64,000 nucleotides of DNA from positions 75,308 through 139,307 of IMG/VR virus record IMGVR_UViG_3300043399_000524. One strand, written 5' to 3'. The position numbers were made by a program, and so were the translations under genes. Positions 29,513-39,689 of this stretch are shown here, in pieces. The notes under the pieces are model-generated. The model worked only from the letters and a program-made list of their open reading frames with translations, did not search any database and was not told the origin of the DNA. Source of the DNA: a virus. The first letter of the stretch is position 1; each line of letters starts with the position of its first letter.

Positions 29513-32011
29513 ATGGCACAACCAATATGGAATACCGCTGCAGGATTTATAGGTAGTTTTCCTGCGTCAATTTACACTACATTTCAGTTAAGTGCCAGTC
29601 CAGTGTTACCTGCAGTATCTCTAACTTATACATTAATTAGCGGATCATTACCTAGCGGAATGACTATTGATTCTAATGGATTAATCAGTGGGACCCCCGG
29701 TATTGTTACTACCAACATAACTTCAACTTTTGCTGTTAGGGTCATTGATAATTTAGGAAATTTAAGAGATAGAACCTTTGACATGACCATTACAGGTTCT
29801 GCTATCCCGCAATTTGTTACACCAAACGGTAGTATATTGACAACGCCCGATAGCATATGGGTTGAAAACCCAATTGCATATAGTAATCCTAAATCAGATA
29901 ACCCGGTAATAATTCAAGTAAAAGAAGGATCGTTGCCTCCTGGTCTAGAAATAGACACTTTGGGTATCATCAGAGGTTACGCCGATCCTCCAGTGTTAGT
30001 GACTACACAATCTTTAGTTACAACAACTGCATTCCTGACCGCAAATTCCAACAATTCAATAACAGTTGGATCCACTACAGGATTTACTGTTGGTAGACCG
30101 ATTGTTTTTAGTGGATCAACTTTTGGGAACATAAACGCTAACGTGACTTACTATATCAAATCTATATTGAATAGTACAACATTTACAATAACCGATACAC
30201 AAAACGGGCCTACATACGTATTAACAGACGGTAATGGATCAATGCTAGTTACGTTACCTGCTGTCTCTACTGGAAATCCAGTAATTAGAACATATTCATT
30301 TACATTAGAATTATCTAGTCCTTTAGGGACTGACACCGCTGAATACTCTATAACTGTTATAAATCAAAATACTCCGTTCACGCAAGGCAACCCCAATCCG
30401 CAGCCACCAAACAGTAGATTACCGGTATTGTTTAACACAAGACCGCCAACATATGACATTAATGATACCGATCCATATTATGGGTACTACATATTACCAC
30501 CAGTATCTCCTATACAATCAGCCAATATGGGAAATTTTAAAAGCGGAGAATATTTTTCATTTAAAATGATAGGACATGATTTTGATGGTAGCCCAATTAA
30601 ATACTCATATAGTGATTTGCCAATGGAATTGACTGGTGATGTTGATACCGGTTGGATAACAGGAAATCCGTCATTGTCAACTGATGGACTTAGTAACTAC
30701 AGTTTTAGAGTAGGCGTGTATAAAGCAGATGCACCAGAATATGCAAGCCCGTTCTATAACTTTAATTTCACATTACAGCGCAATATCACTGGAGAAATTA
30801 TTTGGATTACAGGTAGTGATTTAGGACAAATATTAAATGGAACCATAAGCACACTATTTGTTAAGGCTACCAGTGATGTAGAATTAAGTTATGCGGTTGT
30901 ATCTGGAAGTTTACCACCTAATTTAACTTTATCTAGTAACGGAGAAATTATAGGAAGAGTAGCAGATCAACCAACAGATAACTATTTAAATCCCGGAGAT
31001 ACTAGTAGTTATACTTTTACTATACAGGCTTACTCTACCATATATCCTTCTATAGTTTCTGAAAAAACATTTACAGTGACAGTATTGCAAGAGTTTGAGC
31101 AACCAACAGATATTCTATATATTAAGGCTGCGCCTCCTGTTTTTGATAGAATTATATTAGAACAATTATTAACAGATGAAACAATAATACCTACAAATTA
31201 TTTATATAGACCGGATGACCAGTATTTTGGCAAGGCGACAAGTGTGATATACGAACATGCGTATGGTATATATGCAAGTGACATACAACAATATTTGGCT
31301 GCAGTAACTAGAAATCACTATTGGCGTTATTTAACTTTAGGAGAGTTAAAAACTGCTATTGCTAGAAATGATACAGGCGATATCATATATGAAGTTGTAT
31401 ACAGTGAGGTAATTGATAATTTAGTAAATCCTCAAGGTGTAAGCATACAAACTCCAATAGTATGGCCTAGAAAAATAGATTTAGGATTGGGTCCCTGGTA
31501 TACTAGCATGACTGATATATATACAAGTTATGTAGAAATTTTGGGACAACAATTTTATACTAGTTTAACTCCTGGCTATGCAAGGATATTATATCCAAAT
31601 AGTTTATACAACATGCGAAATAGAGTTGCTAATGTATTGGGGCAAGAATACAACAGTAAACTTTTACCACTATGGATGACTAGTCAACAAATAAACGGTA
31701 ACACATTGGGGTATACGCAGGCTTGGGTCATAGCTTACACTAAACCTGGCTATAGTGAAATAGTAAAAAACAATATTCAAACTAAATGGAAGGATCCTGT
31801 TGGAAATCCATATACATTAAATTTAATTAATTTTCAAATTGATAGGTTTACTGTAGATAAATCAGCAACATATAATTATGATAACAACACCGATCCTGAT
31901 GCCTGGACTGGGCTTCCTAGTGCAGACCCTGCTCCGAATCCATTAGATAGTAAAGATTTTTATGTCTTATTCCCAAGACAAACTATTTTACCGGATGAAA
32001 CCCAATACTAA
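29513..32011 (+). CDS. Ig-like (He_PIG-type) repeat virion protein, baseplate wedge-like
   Basis: Repeated Y.L.SGSLP.G.T...NGLISG.P Ig motifs. Confidence 0.6.
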   Translation: MAQPIWNTAAGFIGSFPASIYTTFQLSASPVLPAVSLTYTLISGSLPSGMTIDSNGLISGTPGIVTTNITSTFAVRVIDNLGNLRDRTFDMTITGSAIPQFVTPNGSILTTPDSIWVENPIAYSNPKSDNPVIIQVKEGSLPPGLEIDTLGIIRGYADPPVLVTTQSLVTTTAFLTANSNNSITVGSTTGFTVGRPIVFSGSTFGNINANVTYYIKSILNSTTFTITDTQNGPTYVLTDGNGSMLVTLPAVSTGNPVIRTYSFTLELSSPLGTDTAEYSITVINQNTPFTQGNPNPQPPNSRLPVLFNTRPPTYDINDTDPYYGYYILPPVSPIQSANMGNFKSGEYFSFKMIGHDFDGSPIKYSYSDLPMELTGDVDTGWITGNPSLSTDGLSNYSFRVGVYKADAPEYASPFYNFNFTLQRNITGEIIWITGSDLGQILNGTISTLFVKATSDVELSYAVVSGSLPPNLTLSSNGEIIGRVADQPTDNYLNPGDTSSYTFTIQAYSTIYPSIVSEKTFTVTVLQEFEQPTDILYIKAAPPVFDRIILEQLLTDETIIPTNYLYRPDDQYFGKATSVIYEHAYGIYASDIQQYLAAVTRNHYWRYLTLGELKTAIARNDTGDIIYEVVYSEVIDNLVNPQGVSIQTPIVWPRKIDLGLGPWYTSMTDIYTSYVEILGQQFYTSLTPGYARILYPNSLYNMRNRVANVLGQEYNSKLLPLWMTSQQINGNTLGYTQAWVIAYTKPGYSEIVKNNIQTKWKDPVGNPYTLNLINFQIDRFTVDKSATYNYDNNTDPDAWTGLPSADPAPNPLDSKDFYVLFPRQTILPDETQY

Positions 32012-32033
32012 ATAATAGACGGAACGAATAACT

Positions 32034-33830
32034 ATGACAAGCGCAATTAACACGAATGGAATAAATGTAAATTATCCAGTACCAGGTATCAATAATAGTT
32101 CTCAGGGTTTCAGAGATAACTTTGCTGCCATAAAAACTGACTTGAACACTGCTGCAACTGAAATAACAGATTTACAAAATAATGTTGTATTGAAACAAGC
32201 ATTAAGTGGTACTACCCTTAATAACGATATGGCTAACACATTGATTAGCAATGCTGTTACCCGCGGATTCAGAGCTAGTACATTTAACTTAGGTAATGCT
32301 ATTTCAGGAACATTAATAGTTAATGCTAGTTTAGGCGATGTGCAGTATGGTTCAATAACTGGAAATACTACTATTCAATTTACCGGTTGGGCACCTTCGG
32401 GTACACAAAGTAATGTAGAATTGCAATTGTCCGTAGCTAACAATTTAGCAGTTATATCATTGCCAACACAAGTATCAATGGACGGTGGCTATGGAATTGA
32501 AACAGTTGAAAACTTTTCAAATGTTTCTGGTACGCCCACACTAACGATTCCATATGGTGCTACCCGTGTGGATTATTGTTTTAGCACTATAGACTGTGGT
32601 AACACAATAACTATTGAAAATTACAATAGACCTAGACAGACCACACAAATTCAACAAAGAATTCCTAGTCCTATAGGTAGACAAGGGGATGTAAACGGCA
32701 CTGTTTGCGTAGATACTGCCACATCTACTGCTTTTGCTACTTGTACTTCAACTAATGGTACTTATGAAATAATAACTTGCGATAGCACTGCAGGATTTTA
32801 TTTAGATATGCCTATACAGTTTTCAGGTGTAGTTTTTGGTGGAGTTACTGCGGGAACTGTATATTATGTTCGAAGCATCCCGAGTTCGACAACGTTTACT
32901 ATATCTTCTGTACCGGGAACAAATTCAGGACCAGCAAGTGCGTTTAATTTAACGTCAGCTAGTGGATCAATGACAGTATCACCGGTGAGTTATATTTATG
33001 TTGCGACAGGAACATATGATGGTACTACTATAACAAAGTCTGTAACTTCCACCAATGTAGTGACAAATACAGTAACCTCAACAAACACAGCTTCCACTGG
33101 TAATCTTATTACTGTGTCAAGTACTGCTAACTTTGTCATTGGATATCCGGTATCGTTTTCTGGAACAACAACTAATGCTACTGCGACAGCTACATATGCA
33201 ACAAGTAATGTTATAACTGTATCTACTACTGCAGGAATGATATCAGGAGGAAGAATTACATTTTCAGGAAGTGTTTTTGGTAATTTATCCGCCACAACAT
33301 ATTACATAAAAAACATATATCCCGGTAACTCTAATATTACTGTAAGTACAACATTTGGTGGTGCAAATGTAGCACTAACTTCTGCTACTGGAACTGCTAA
33401 TATAACATATGGTAATATAATGGGAAATTTATCGACTACTACAAATTATTTTGTACAAAGCATTCCTTCAGGTACAACGTTTACTGTTTGTGCTAATACT
33501 CCTGGCGGAGCACCGGTGGCATTACTAGATGAAAATGGATCGATGCAAGTCACTGCTGTAACGAATTATAATGTAACATTAAACAGTACAACCAGTATTG
33601 CCAATAATAATCCAATAGTTTTTGAAGGTAATGTGTTTGGCGGAATAGCAGCTAACACTGTTTACTACGTTGCTAATGTAGAAAGCGGTACTAATATCAC
33701 AGTATCACAGACCAGATATAATGGTATTGCCGGGCAAAAAATGGCACTAAGTGCTGCTAATGGTACTGCAAGCATGACAGCGTATCAGGGAACCAGTATT
33801 TGGAAAAGAACTCAATTAAGTTCTTGGTAA
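32034..33830 (+). CDS. Putative virion structural protein with repeated beta modules
   Basis: N-terminal YPVPG.NN.SQGFRDNF..IK; four copies of a P(I/V).F.G..FG......Y(Y/F)V..I module. Confidence 0.65.
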   Translation: MTSAINTNGINVNYPVPGINNSSQGFRDNFAAIKTDLNTAATEITDLQNNVVLKQALSGTTLNNDMANTLISNAVTRGFRASTFNLGNAISGTLIVNASLGDVQYGSITGNTTIQFTGWAPSGTQSNVELQLSVANNLAVISLPTQVSMDGGYGIETVENFSNVSGTPTLTIPYGATRVDYCFSTIDCGNTITIENYNRPRQTTQIQQRIPSPIGRQGDVNGTVCVDTATSTAFATCTSTNGTYEIITCDSTAGFYLDMPIQFSGVVFGGVTAGTVYYVRSIPSSTTFTISSVPGTNSGPASAFNLTSASGSMTVSPVSYIYVATGTYDGTTITKSVTSTNVVTNTVTSTNTASTGNLITVSSTANFVIGYPVSFSGTTTNATATATYATSNVITVSTTAGMISGGRITFSGSVFGNLSATTYYIKNIYPGNSNITVSTTFGGANVALTSATGTANITYGNIMGNLSTTTNYFVQSIPSGTTFTVCANTPGGAPVALLDENGSMQVTAVTNYNVTLNSTTSIANNNPIVFEGNVFGGIAANTVYYVANVESGTNITVSQTRYNGIAGQKMALSAANGTASMTAYQGTSIWKRTQLSSW

Positions 33831-33841
33831 TAAATATTAGG

Positions 33842-34096
33842 ATGCAACACCCATTCATCACTAGCCTAAACGACAAGTCTTTAGATGAATTGTCCACGGC
33901 TCTAACTGACTTAACCAAAAAATTGAATTTTGCTTATAGGTCTCAAAATGGACCTATGATTCATCAATTGCAAATGATTCTAGAAAGCTATAAAGCAGAA
34001 TACAATAAAAAAATGGATGAGCTTATGAAAAAACAAAACATAAGAACAGCAGTCAAGGTCGAAAAAGAAGGTGAAATTAGTTCCAAAAATTCTTGA
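33842..34096 (+). CDS. Hypothetical coiled-coil protein
   Basis: Late box AATAAATA then ATG 33842. Confidence 0.6.
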   Translation: MQHPFITSLNDKSLDELSTALTDLTKKLNFAYRSQNGPMIHQLQMILESYKAEYNKKMDELMKKQNIRTAVKVEKEGEISSKNS

Positions 34097-34121
34097 TATT
34101 TTCTATGTAATGTTGTAAACT
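34093..34121 (+). promoter_or_regulatory. Probable sigma70-type promoter
   Basis: TTGATA-17 nt-TAAACT upstream of the 34128-37561 operon. Confidence 0.55.
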
Positions 34122-34127
34122 CATAAT

Positions 34128-34634
34128 ATGAGAACTGACATATACGGGCAACAAATCTATGATGAAATGGAGCTATGCTTACTGTATCTGCAGGATCCCT
34201 CACGTAAACTAAAAAAAGTTTTCGTAGAAAAAGAAATCAAGTTTGACGATACCCTACAACTACAAAACATCCCCGAACTTATAAAATACAACAGTAACAA
34301 CATTTCTATAGAAGAATTTGACACTATAAATCAAAATAATTGGTTTATGCCCGAAGAATATAAATCAATGGACATAGCCAAATTTGTATTAGACCAATGC
34401 AAAAATGAAGCAGAATTGCAAAGGGCAGGCGAAGAACTGTTGTTGTTTCAAGAAAGGAACATGTTTACATTGTTGTGCTACTTAAAATATTTGGTAGATA
34501 CAATGCGTAAAAATAATATTGTCTGGGGTGTCGGGCGAGGATCGAGTGTTGCTAGTTTCGTATTATTTTTGTTGGGGGTACACCGTATAAATAGTTTGTA
34601 TTACGACTTGTCTATCGCTGAATTCTTAAAATAA
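34128..34634 (+). CDS. Stand-alone fragment of DNA polymerase III alpha (DnaE-like)
   Basis: YLKYLVDTMRKNNIVWGVGRGSSVASFVLFLLGVHRINSLYYDL..EFL matches the DnaE GRGS region; stops before the PDxDxD catalytic motif. Confidence 0.8.
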   Translation: MRTDIYGQQIYDEMELCLLYLQDPSRKLKKVFVEKEIKFDDTLQLQNIPELIKYNSNNISIEEFDTINQNNWFMPEEYKSMDIAKFVLDQCKNEAELQRAGEELLLFQERNMFTLLCYLKYLVDTMRKNNIVWGVGRGSSVASFVLFLLGVHRINSLYYDLSIAEFLK

Positions 34635-34643
34635 GGAGAAATT

Positions 34644-34985
34644 ATGAAAAATTACAGAACCGCAATGGGAAAAACTGTAGATATGGCTGCATTAGCAGCA
34701 AAAAACGAACATACTAGAGCCGTGGGTAATATGAAAGTAAATGCCCGAGGTGACAAAATTGATAGCACCGGACGAGTCATACAACCAGTAAACGAGCGTG
34801 TAACACAAAATTATTCTCACACTGTAGGTAATAGGTCAGCGAATGCTAGTCGTACCCAATCAACTCCGCCCAAACCTAAAATTGTAGAAGAACTTACTCC
34901 TCAAGAACTTGAGTTGGAAGACAGCCTAGAGGATGATTTAGAAGTTGAGAAAATTAAAGCACAGGAACTAAAAGGAAAGAAATGA
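34644..34985 (+). CDS. Hypothetical protein
   Basis: 113 aa, AGGAG RBS. Confidence 0.7.
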   Translation: MKNYRTAMGKTVDMAALAAKNEHTRAVGNMKVNARGDKIDSTGRVIQPVNERVTQNYSHTVGNRSANASRTQSTPPKPKIVEELTPQELELEDSLEDDLEVEKIKAQELKGKK

Positions 34986-35362
34986 GCGAATATTCTAAAC
35001 CAGCATTCAGTCCCACGAAAGTAGACAAATTACGGTTCATGTACGACAACATTATTGTTTCGGATATGAAATTTGATGAACGCATCAGTCGAGGAGGTAT
35101 CGTTCTTTTGGACGATGACAAGAAAAGTTCTGGTATTCGCCCTCGTTGGGCAAAGATTTATGGTTTGGGTCCTGATGTAAAAGATCCACAACTTGAAATT
35201 GGGAAATATATTCTTATCAGTCACGGTCGTTGGACACGAGGTATCACTGTTGAAACTCCAGAGGGCAAAGTCACGTTGCGTAAAGTAGATCCTAATGATA
35301 TACTACTTGTGTCGGATGAGCCGATGGAAGATGAAACAATGAGTGATAAGGTTATAGCATGA
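34982..35362 (+). CDS. groES: GroES-like co-chaperonin
   Basis: D.IIV.....ERISRGGIVL.DD.K......A.IYGLGP......IG.YIL; ends LLVSD. Confidence 0.8.
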   Translation: MSEYSKPAFSPTKVDKLRFMYDNIIVSDMKFDERISRGGIVLLDDDKKSSGIRPRWAKIYGLGPDVKDPQLEIGKYILISHGRWTRGITVETPEGKVTLRKVDPNDILLVSDEPMEDETMSDKVIA

Positions 35363-35685
35363 TGAAATGGTTTTATAGATGGTTGGCTAGCAAGATTCAA
35401 GACAGTCAATATGCTGACGAGGAAGCACAAAATATCGGACTAATAATTGGTTCAAATAAAGTAAATAGAGTACGCAAAACTACCACCGTCCGTGAAAGTG
35501 ATGAACTTGGCTCTGAACCAATTGTATTCAAAATGTTCAAAGCAAGTGGTGGCTGGGCTATTGAGTTCAGACATTATGATAACAGAAATGACAGGGTAGA
35601 TACCAATCTTTATGTTGTCAATGATGAAGAAGAACTTGGTAGTCATATTTCTAAAATTATTACTATGGAGGCATTAAAAAGATGA
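35359..35685 (+). CDS. Hypothetical protein
   Basis: 108 aa, coupled overlaps on both sides. Confidence 0.65.
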   Translation: MMKWFYRWLASKIQDSQYADEEAQNIGLIIGSNKVNRVRKTTTVRESDELGSEPIVFKMFKASGGWAIEFRHYDNRNDRVDTNLYVVNDEEELGSHISKIITMEALKR

Positions 35686-36368
35686 GTTATTCAGATACAT
35701 TAGTATATCGTAGTGCGGCTCAAATCAATGAAGCAATGAGTCGTGTGTATGGCTACATGGGACTTGCTACATTAGTTAGTCTGTTTGTAAGCTATGTTGT
35801 AGGTTCTAGTCCAGAACTAGTACAATTTTTCTTTACAGGCTGGATGCGCTATGTAACTATTTTTTTACCATTGGTGGCAGTATTCCCAATTACCATTGCT
35901 TTGAACAGTAACCCACCAAAAGAAATGGCATTATTCATGCTAGTTCTTTTTGCTGGTATAATGGGCTTGAGTTTTGCAGTAATTTTTGCAGTTTATACAA
36001 TGGCAAGCATTGTTAGTGCATTTATGGGTTCAGCAGTATTGTTTGGAACTATGAGCTTTTATGGTTATTTTACCAAACAAAGTTTAGACAGTGTGGGCAA
36101 ATTCTTATTTGTAGGCTTGATTGCAGTGGTAATTGCTAGTATAATTAACGTCTTTGTGGGTAGTACCGTAGCACAAATGGTAATTTCAGCAATTGCAATT
36201 ATTGTATTCTTGGGACTTACTGCATACGATACACAAAAAATCCGTGAACAATTAATGGATTCTAAGGAGTCAACTGTTGCAGAAGTATCTGGAGCATTGA
36301 CATTATACCTAGATTTTATTAATATATTCTTGTCGTTGTTACAACTTTTTGGCAATAAGAAAGATTAA
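35682..36368 (+). CDS. YccA / Bax inhibitor-1 family membrane protein
   Basis: ~7 TM helices; RVYGYM, GLTAYDTQKIR, ALTLYLDFINIFLSLLQLFG. Confidence 0.9.
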   Translation: MSYSDTLVYRSAAQINEAMSRVYGYMGLATLVSLFVSYVVGSSPELVQFFFTGWMRYVTIFLPLVAVFPITIALNSNPPKEMALFMLVLFAGIMGLSFAVIFAVYTMASIVSAFMGSAVLFGTMSFYGYFTKQSLDSVGKFLFVGLIAVVIASIINVFVGSTVAQMVISAIAIIVFLGLTAYDTQKIREQLMDSKESTVAEVSGALTLYLDFINIFLSLLQLFGNKKD

Positions 36369-37292
36369 ATGAAGAATCAACTTTGGGTAGAAAAGTATAG
36401 GCCCGCTTCGGTAGACGAATATGTTTTTGTCGATGATCGTCAACGAGAGCAAGTCGCACAATGGATTAAAGACGGGTCTATACCCAATCTATTATTCAGC
36501 GGGGACCCTGGCACTGGTAAAACTACACTAGCTAAAGTTCTAATTAAAGAATTAGGTGTAGAAGATTATGATGTGATGGAAATCAACGCAAGTCGTGATA
36601 ACGGCGTTGACTACATCAGGTTCAAAATTGAGGGCTTTGTGCAAACTATGCCTTTCGGTAAGTTCAAAGTGGTTTTGTTAGACGAGGCAGATTATCTGTC
36701 CCAGCCCGGTCAAGCTATCTTGCGTGGATTGATAGAATCATATTCTGACACCGCACGATTCATATTGACTTGTAATTATGACTACAAAATCATCCCTGCA
36801 TTAAAATCTCGCTGTCATAATATGCATATTGCAAAAACTGATATGACAGAATTCACTGCAAGGGCGGCAACTGTATTAGTTAACGAGAATGTAGAATTTG
36901 ATTTAGATACACTGGATAACTATATTCGTGCCACATACCCGGATTTGCGTAAATGTTTAAATCAACTTCAAGTTAACAGCAATACAGGTAAGTTGTTATC
37001 TGCACAAGCACAAGGTTCTAGTGAACATGAATTATTGTTAGAGGCAACACAATTGTTTAAAGCTGGAAAAATTCTTGAAGGAAGACAACAGTTAATGCAA
37101 TATATCGCACTTTATCCTACACGAATTGAGGATACATATAGGTGGATGTACGACAATTTAGATTTGTGGGGCAAAGATCAGGAAAAGAAAGATGCAAGCA
37201 TTATCATTATACGAAATGGTCTTGCGAATCTTCCATTAGTTGGAATCCCCGAAATTAGCATGGCAGCAACATTAGTGGAGTTAACAAGTTGA
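36369..37292 (+). CDS. Sliding-clamp loader small subunit (RFC/gp44-like AAA+)
   Basis: LWVEKYRP, GDPGTGKTT, EINAS, VVLLDEAD, SRC, DLRKCLN. Confidence 0.95.
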   Translation: MKNQLWVEKYRPASVDEYVFVDDRQREQVAQWIKDGSIPNLLFSGDPGTGKTTLAKVLIKELGVEDYDVMEINASRDNGVDYIRFKIEGFVQTMPFGKFKVVLLDEADYLSQPGQAILRGLIESYSDTARFILTCNYDYKIIPALKSRCHNMHIAKTDMTEFTARAATVLVNENVEFDLDTLDNYIRATYPDLRKCLNQLQVNSNTGKLLSAQAQGSSEHELLLEATQLFKAGKILEGRQQLMQYIALYPTRIEDTYRWMYDNLDLWGKDQEKKDASIIIIRNGLANLPLVGIPEISMAATLVELTS

Positions 37293-37561
37293 GATATTTA
37301 CTTATTCAATTTCTTAGAAAGCCAGGCGGGCAGATTGATGAACAGGTTACTGTAGCTAAGAGAATAAAACCAGCGGACCTGCAAACATGTAATGTTATTT
37401 TAGATTATGGAACCAAACAACTTCAAAAATGTGTCATTGAAGGTAAAATTGTGGATACAACTTTTGAAAAAATGGATGCATATTACAAACAAGTTTATCC
37501 CAATCTTATCAGTCAATTAGAAAAAGAGGCTGTTATTACAGCCAATCATAAAGGGGCCTAA
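37289..37561 (+). CDS. Hypothetical protein
   Basis: TTG start overlapping the clamp loader stop; 90 aa. Confidence 0.6.
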   Translation: MRYLLIQFLRKPGGQIDEQVTVAKRIKPADLQTCNVILDYGTKQLQKCVIEGKIVDTTFEKMDAYYKQVYPNLISQLEKEAVITANHKGA

Positions 37562-37570
37562 GCCCCTTTA
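37549..37570. terminator. Bidirectional terminator
   Basis: TAAAGGGGC-CTAA-GCCCCTTTA between convergent genes (loop reads TTAG on the minus strand). Confidence 0.8.
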
Positions 37571-37571
37571 T

Positions 37572-38354
37572 TTAAGAATACATTTTCAAAATGTGTTCTA
37601 TAATTCGATGACGCTGAATATCCCGCGTATCGAATTTGCATGACGCCATGCCCGGAATCACCTCCTTCCCTTTTTCTAGCCTACTTAGTAAGTCTAGGAG
37701 CCCATTCTCAGGCGTGCGTCTATCTGTCTGTTCTACATCGCCAGTAATGACAATCTTGCTACCGATTCCGATGCGTGTCATAATCATTTTTAACTGACTA
37801 GGAGTTGCGTTTTGAGCCTCGTCTAATACAACCCAACTGTTTTTAAAGTTTCGACCTCTACAGAAAGCTAATGGAGCAATTTCAATAATCTGATCCTCTA
37901 GCATTTGTGCGATTTCTTTGGTTGTATAGTATTCTCGCAAAACATCCAATAACGGCCTTGTCCATGGTTCCATTTTTTGATTGATATCACCAGGTAAGAA
38001 ACCATGTTTTTCGTCGTCAACACCGACTGCAGGTCTAGTTAAAATGATCCTGTCGCATTCGCCGCTTTTCATTGCTTTGATGGCAGCTTGCATGGCCAAA
38101 TACGTTTTCCCTGTCCCTGCTGGTCCCGAAACCACAACTATGTCTGTCTTATCATCAAGTAATGCTATGATATATTTTTCTTGATTAATGGATTTGGGGA
38201 TGAGTTCTACGGGTTTGTGTACCCTTGACCTTTGCGTTGCTTGGTTAAAGTCGATAGTTTTATTCTCATTTGAATAGAATGTCTTGCTTTCCTTTTTATT
38301 GTGTGAAAAACGTGTGTCTGTACTACGTAATGCGCTAGTTTTTCTTTTGCTCAA
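37572..38354 (-). CDS. phoH: PhoH-like ATPase
   Basis: GPAGTGKTYLA, IILTRPAV, GFLPGD, PLAFCRGRNF, LDEAQNAT, TRIG..SKIVITGD; likely TTG start at 38354 after AGGAG. Confidence 0.95.
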   Translation of the reverse strand: MSKRKTSALRSTDTRFSHNKKESKTFYSNENKTIDFNQATQRSRVHKPVELIPKSINQEKYIIALLDDKTDIVVVSGPAGTGKTYLAMQAAIKAMKSGECDRIILTRPAVGVDDEKHGFLPGDINQKMEPWTRPLLDVLREYYTTKEIAQMLEDQIIEIAPLAFCRGRNFKNSWVVLDEAQNATPSQLKMIMTRIGIGSKIVITGDVEQTDRRTPENGLLDLLSRLEKGKEVIPGMASCKFDTRDIQRHRIIEHILKMYS

Positions 38355-38522
38355 GTTATTCTCCTTTGAAAGAGCATGAGTCCTCATACGACTCATTTTT
38401 ATTTAAGGTAGTTAAAACCTTATATACTAGTATACTTTTAACGCAAACTTTTAGCATAAATATTAGGCTAACCCCAAAATTCTTCAAAAGTTGTATTCGT
38501 TGAGAAAAAGATAAATACAACT

Positions 38523-39131
38523 ATGATTAAAACCGCCGACAGATTTTTTGATGACGTTGATTATGTCAGTATTATAGACACTGTAAAGGGTATCTTTACT
38601 AGTGACGGGTCTATGGCCGTTCTACTAGATTTTGAACGAGTATTAGACGAAGCAGATTTATATGCCTTCCGTAACTGGGAATTAGGAGAGTTGGTTCAGG
38701 GCCCCGTAGTAAAACGATACAGTGTAGGCTCCATGTTTATGTGGCCTTATAAATTGATGCCCGATCCTAGGGCATGCAAAAGATTAATACATTTAGGTTG
38801 TAAAATTTACTGGAAAAAAACGAAAATCAAGGTTCCGGTAGAAGTCCAAGATCCAGACGATTTCCAGCCCGGAACACGTTATCCGAAAATGAAACCTAAA
38901 ACAGTTTGGTTGGTTTATATAGAAATGCCCAAAGAACTTATGGACGATATTCGTGAGGGATCTATTGATTTGGCAGGACAGAATATTGACTTGAATGAAT
39001 TAGATGATTCATACGATGAAGATATGCAGAAAGAGGATAGTGACGGTACCGAACAAGGTGGAAATACTCAACAGTCTACACCTGATATGGGAGGTAACGT
39101 TGGAGATAATGAACAACTGCCGGCGATGTAA
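38523..39131 (+). CDS. Hypothetical protein
   Basis: 202 aa, late box GATAAATA at 38510. Confidence 0.7.
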   Translation: MIKTADRFFDDVDYVSIIDTVKGIFTSDGSMAVLLDFERVLDEADLYAFRNWELGELVQGPVVKRYSVGSMFMWPYKLMPDPRACKRLIHLGCKIYWKKTKIKVPVEVQDPDDFQPGTRYPKMKPKTVWLVYIEMPKELMDDIREGSIDLAGQNIDLNELDDSYDEDMQKEDSDGTEQGGNTQQSTPDMGGNVGDNEQLPAM

Positions 39132-39133
39132 TT

Positions 39134-39688
39134 ATGACTAATATATTAAATGAAGGCCTAGACTATCACGACTTAGAGGGTATCGTTACACCAACGGTTA
39201 CTGTTGATGAATACGCGGCTAAAATGGGCAAAGATAGCGAAATTGTTACGTTATCTTTCGTTGTTAATAATAAGCAAGCAGGATCAGATTTGAGTGACTG
39301 GTTTGAAAGAGGATATGATTTTGTACTAGATGCACAAGTTAGTGATGGTGAATTAAGTTCAGGAAAATATCTGGTATTTGTTGAGATGAATCGCAGAACA
39401 AGTGTTCCTGAAAGAATTATTAGACTTATAGATGACTTGGAAACATTAACTGACATCCCACTAAAAGATTGGACTATTGTAGTAGATGACGAAGAATATG
39501 AACCAGATGAGGAAGTGTTAAAACAAGTACTAACGTTATCACCACACCAATACCGCGAAACAGTAGAACCAGAAAAAGAAGAAGAATTAAACGAAATGCG
39601 TGAAAGAGCAGGCTTAGAAGTAAAATCACTTTATACAGATAAGCAAGATGCTGATATCAAAGCATTTAAATCAATGGCGGGGTTATAA
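39134..39688 (+). CDS. Hypothetical acidic protein (possible head protein)
   Basis: MTNILNE start; ends ...ERAGL...KSMAGL. Confidence 0.65.
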   Translation: MTNILNEGLDYHDLEGIVTPTVTVDEYAAKMGKDSEIVTLSFVVNNKQAGSDLSDWFERGYDFVLDAQVSDGELSSGKYLVFVEMNRRTSVPERIIRLIDDLETLTDIPLKDWTIVVDDEEYEPDEEVLKQVLTLSPHQYRETVEPEKEEELNEMRERAGLEVKSLYTDKQDADIKAFKSMAGL

Positions 39689-39689
39689 C

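Noticed and set aside
38423-38434. Perfect palindrome TATACTAGTATA in the phoH divergent region
   Set aside because: AT-rich 12-mer with a single occurrence; not distinguishable from chance
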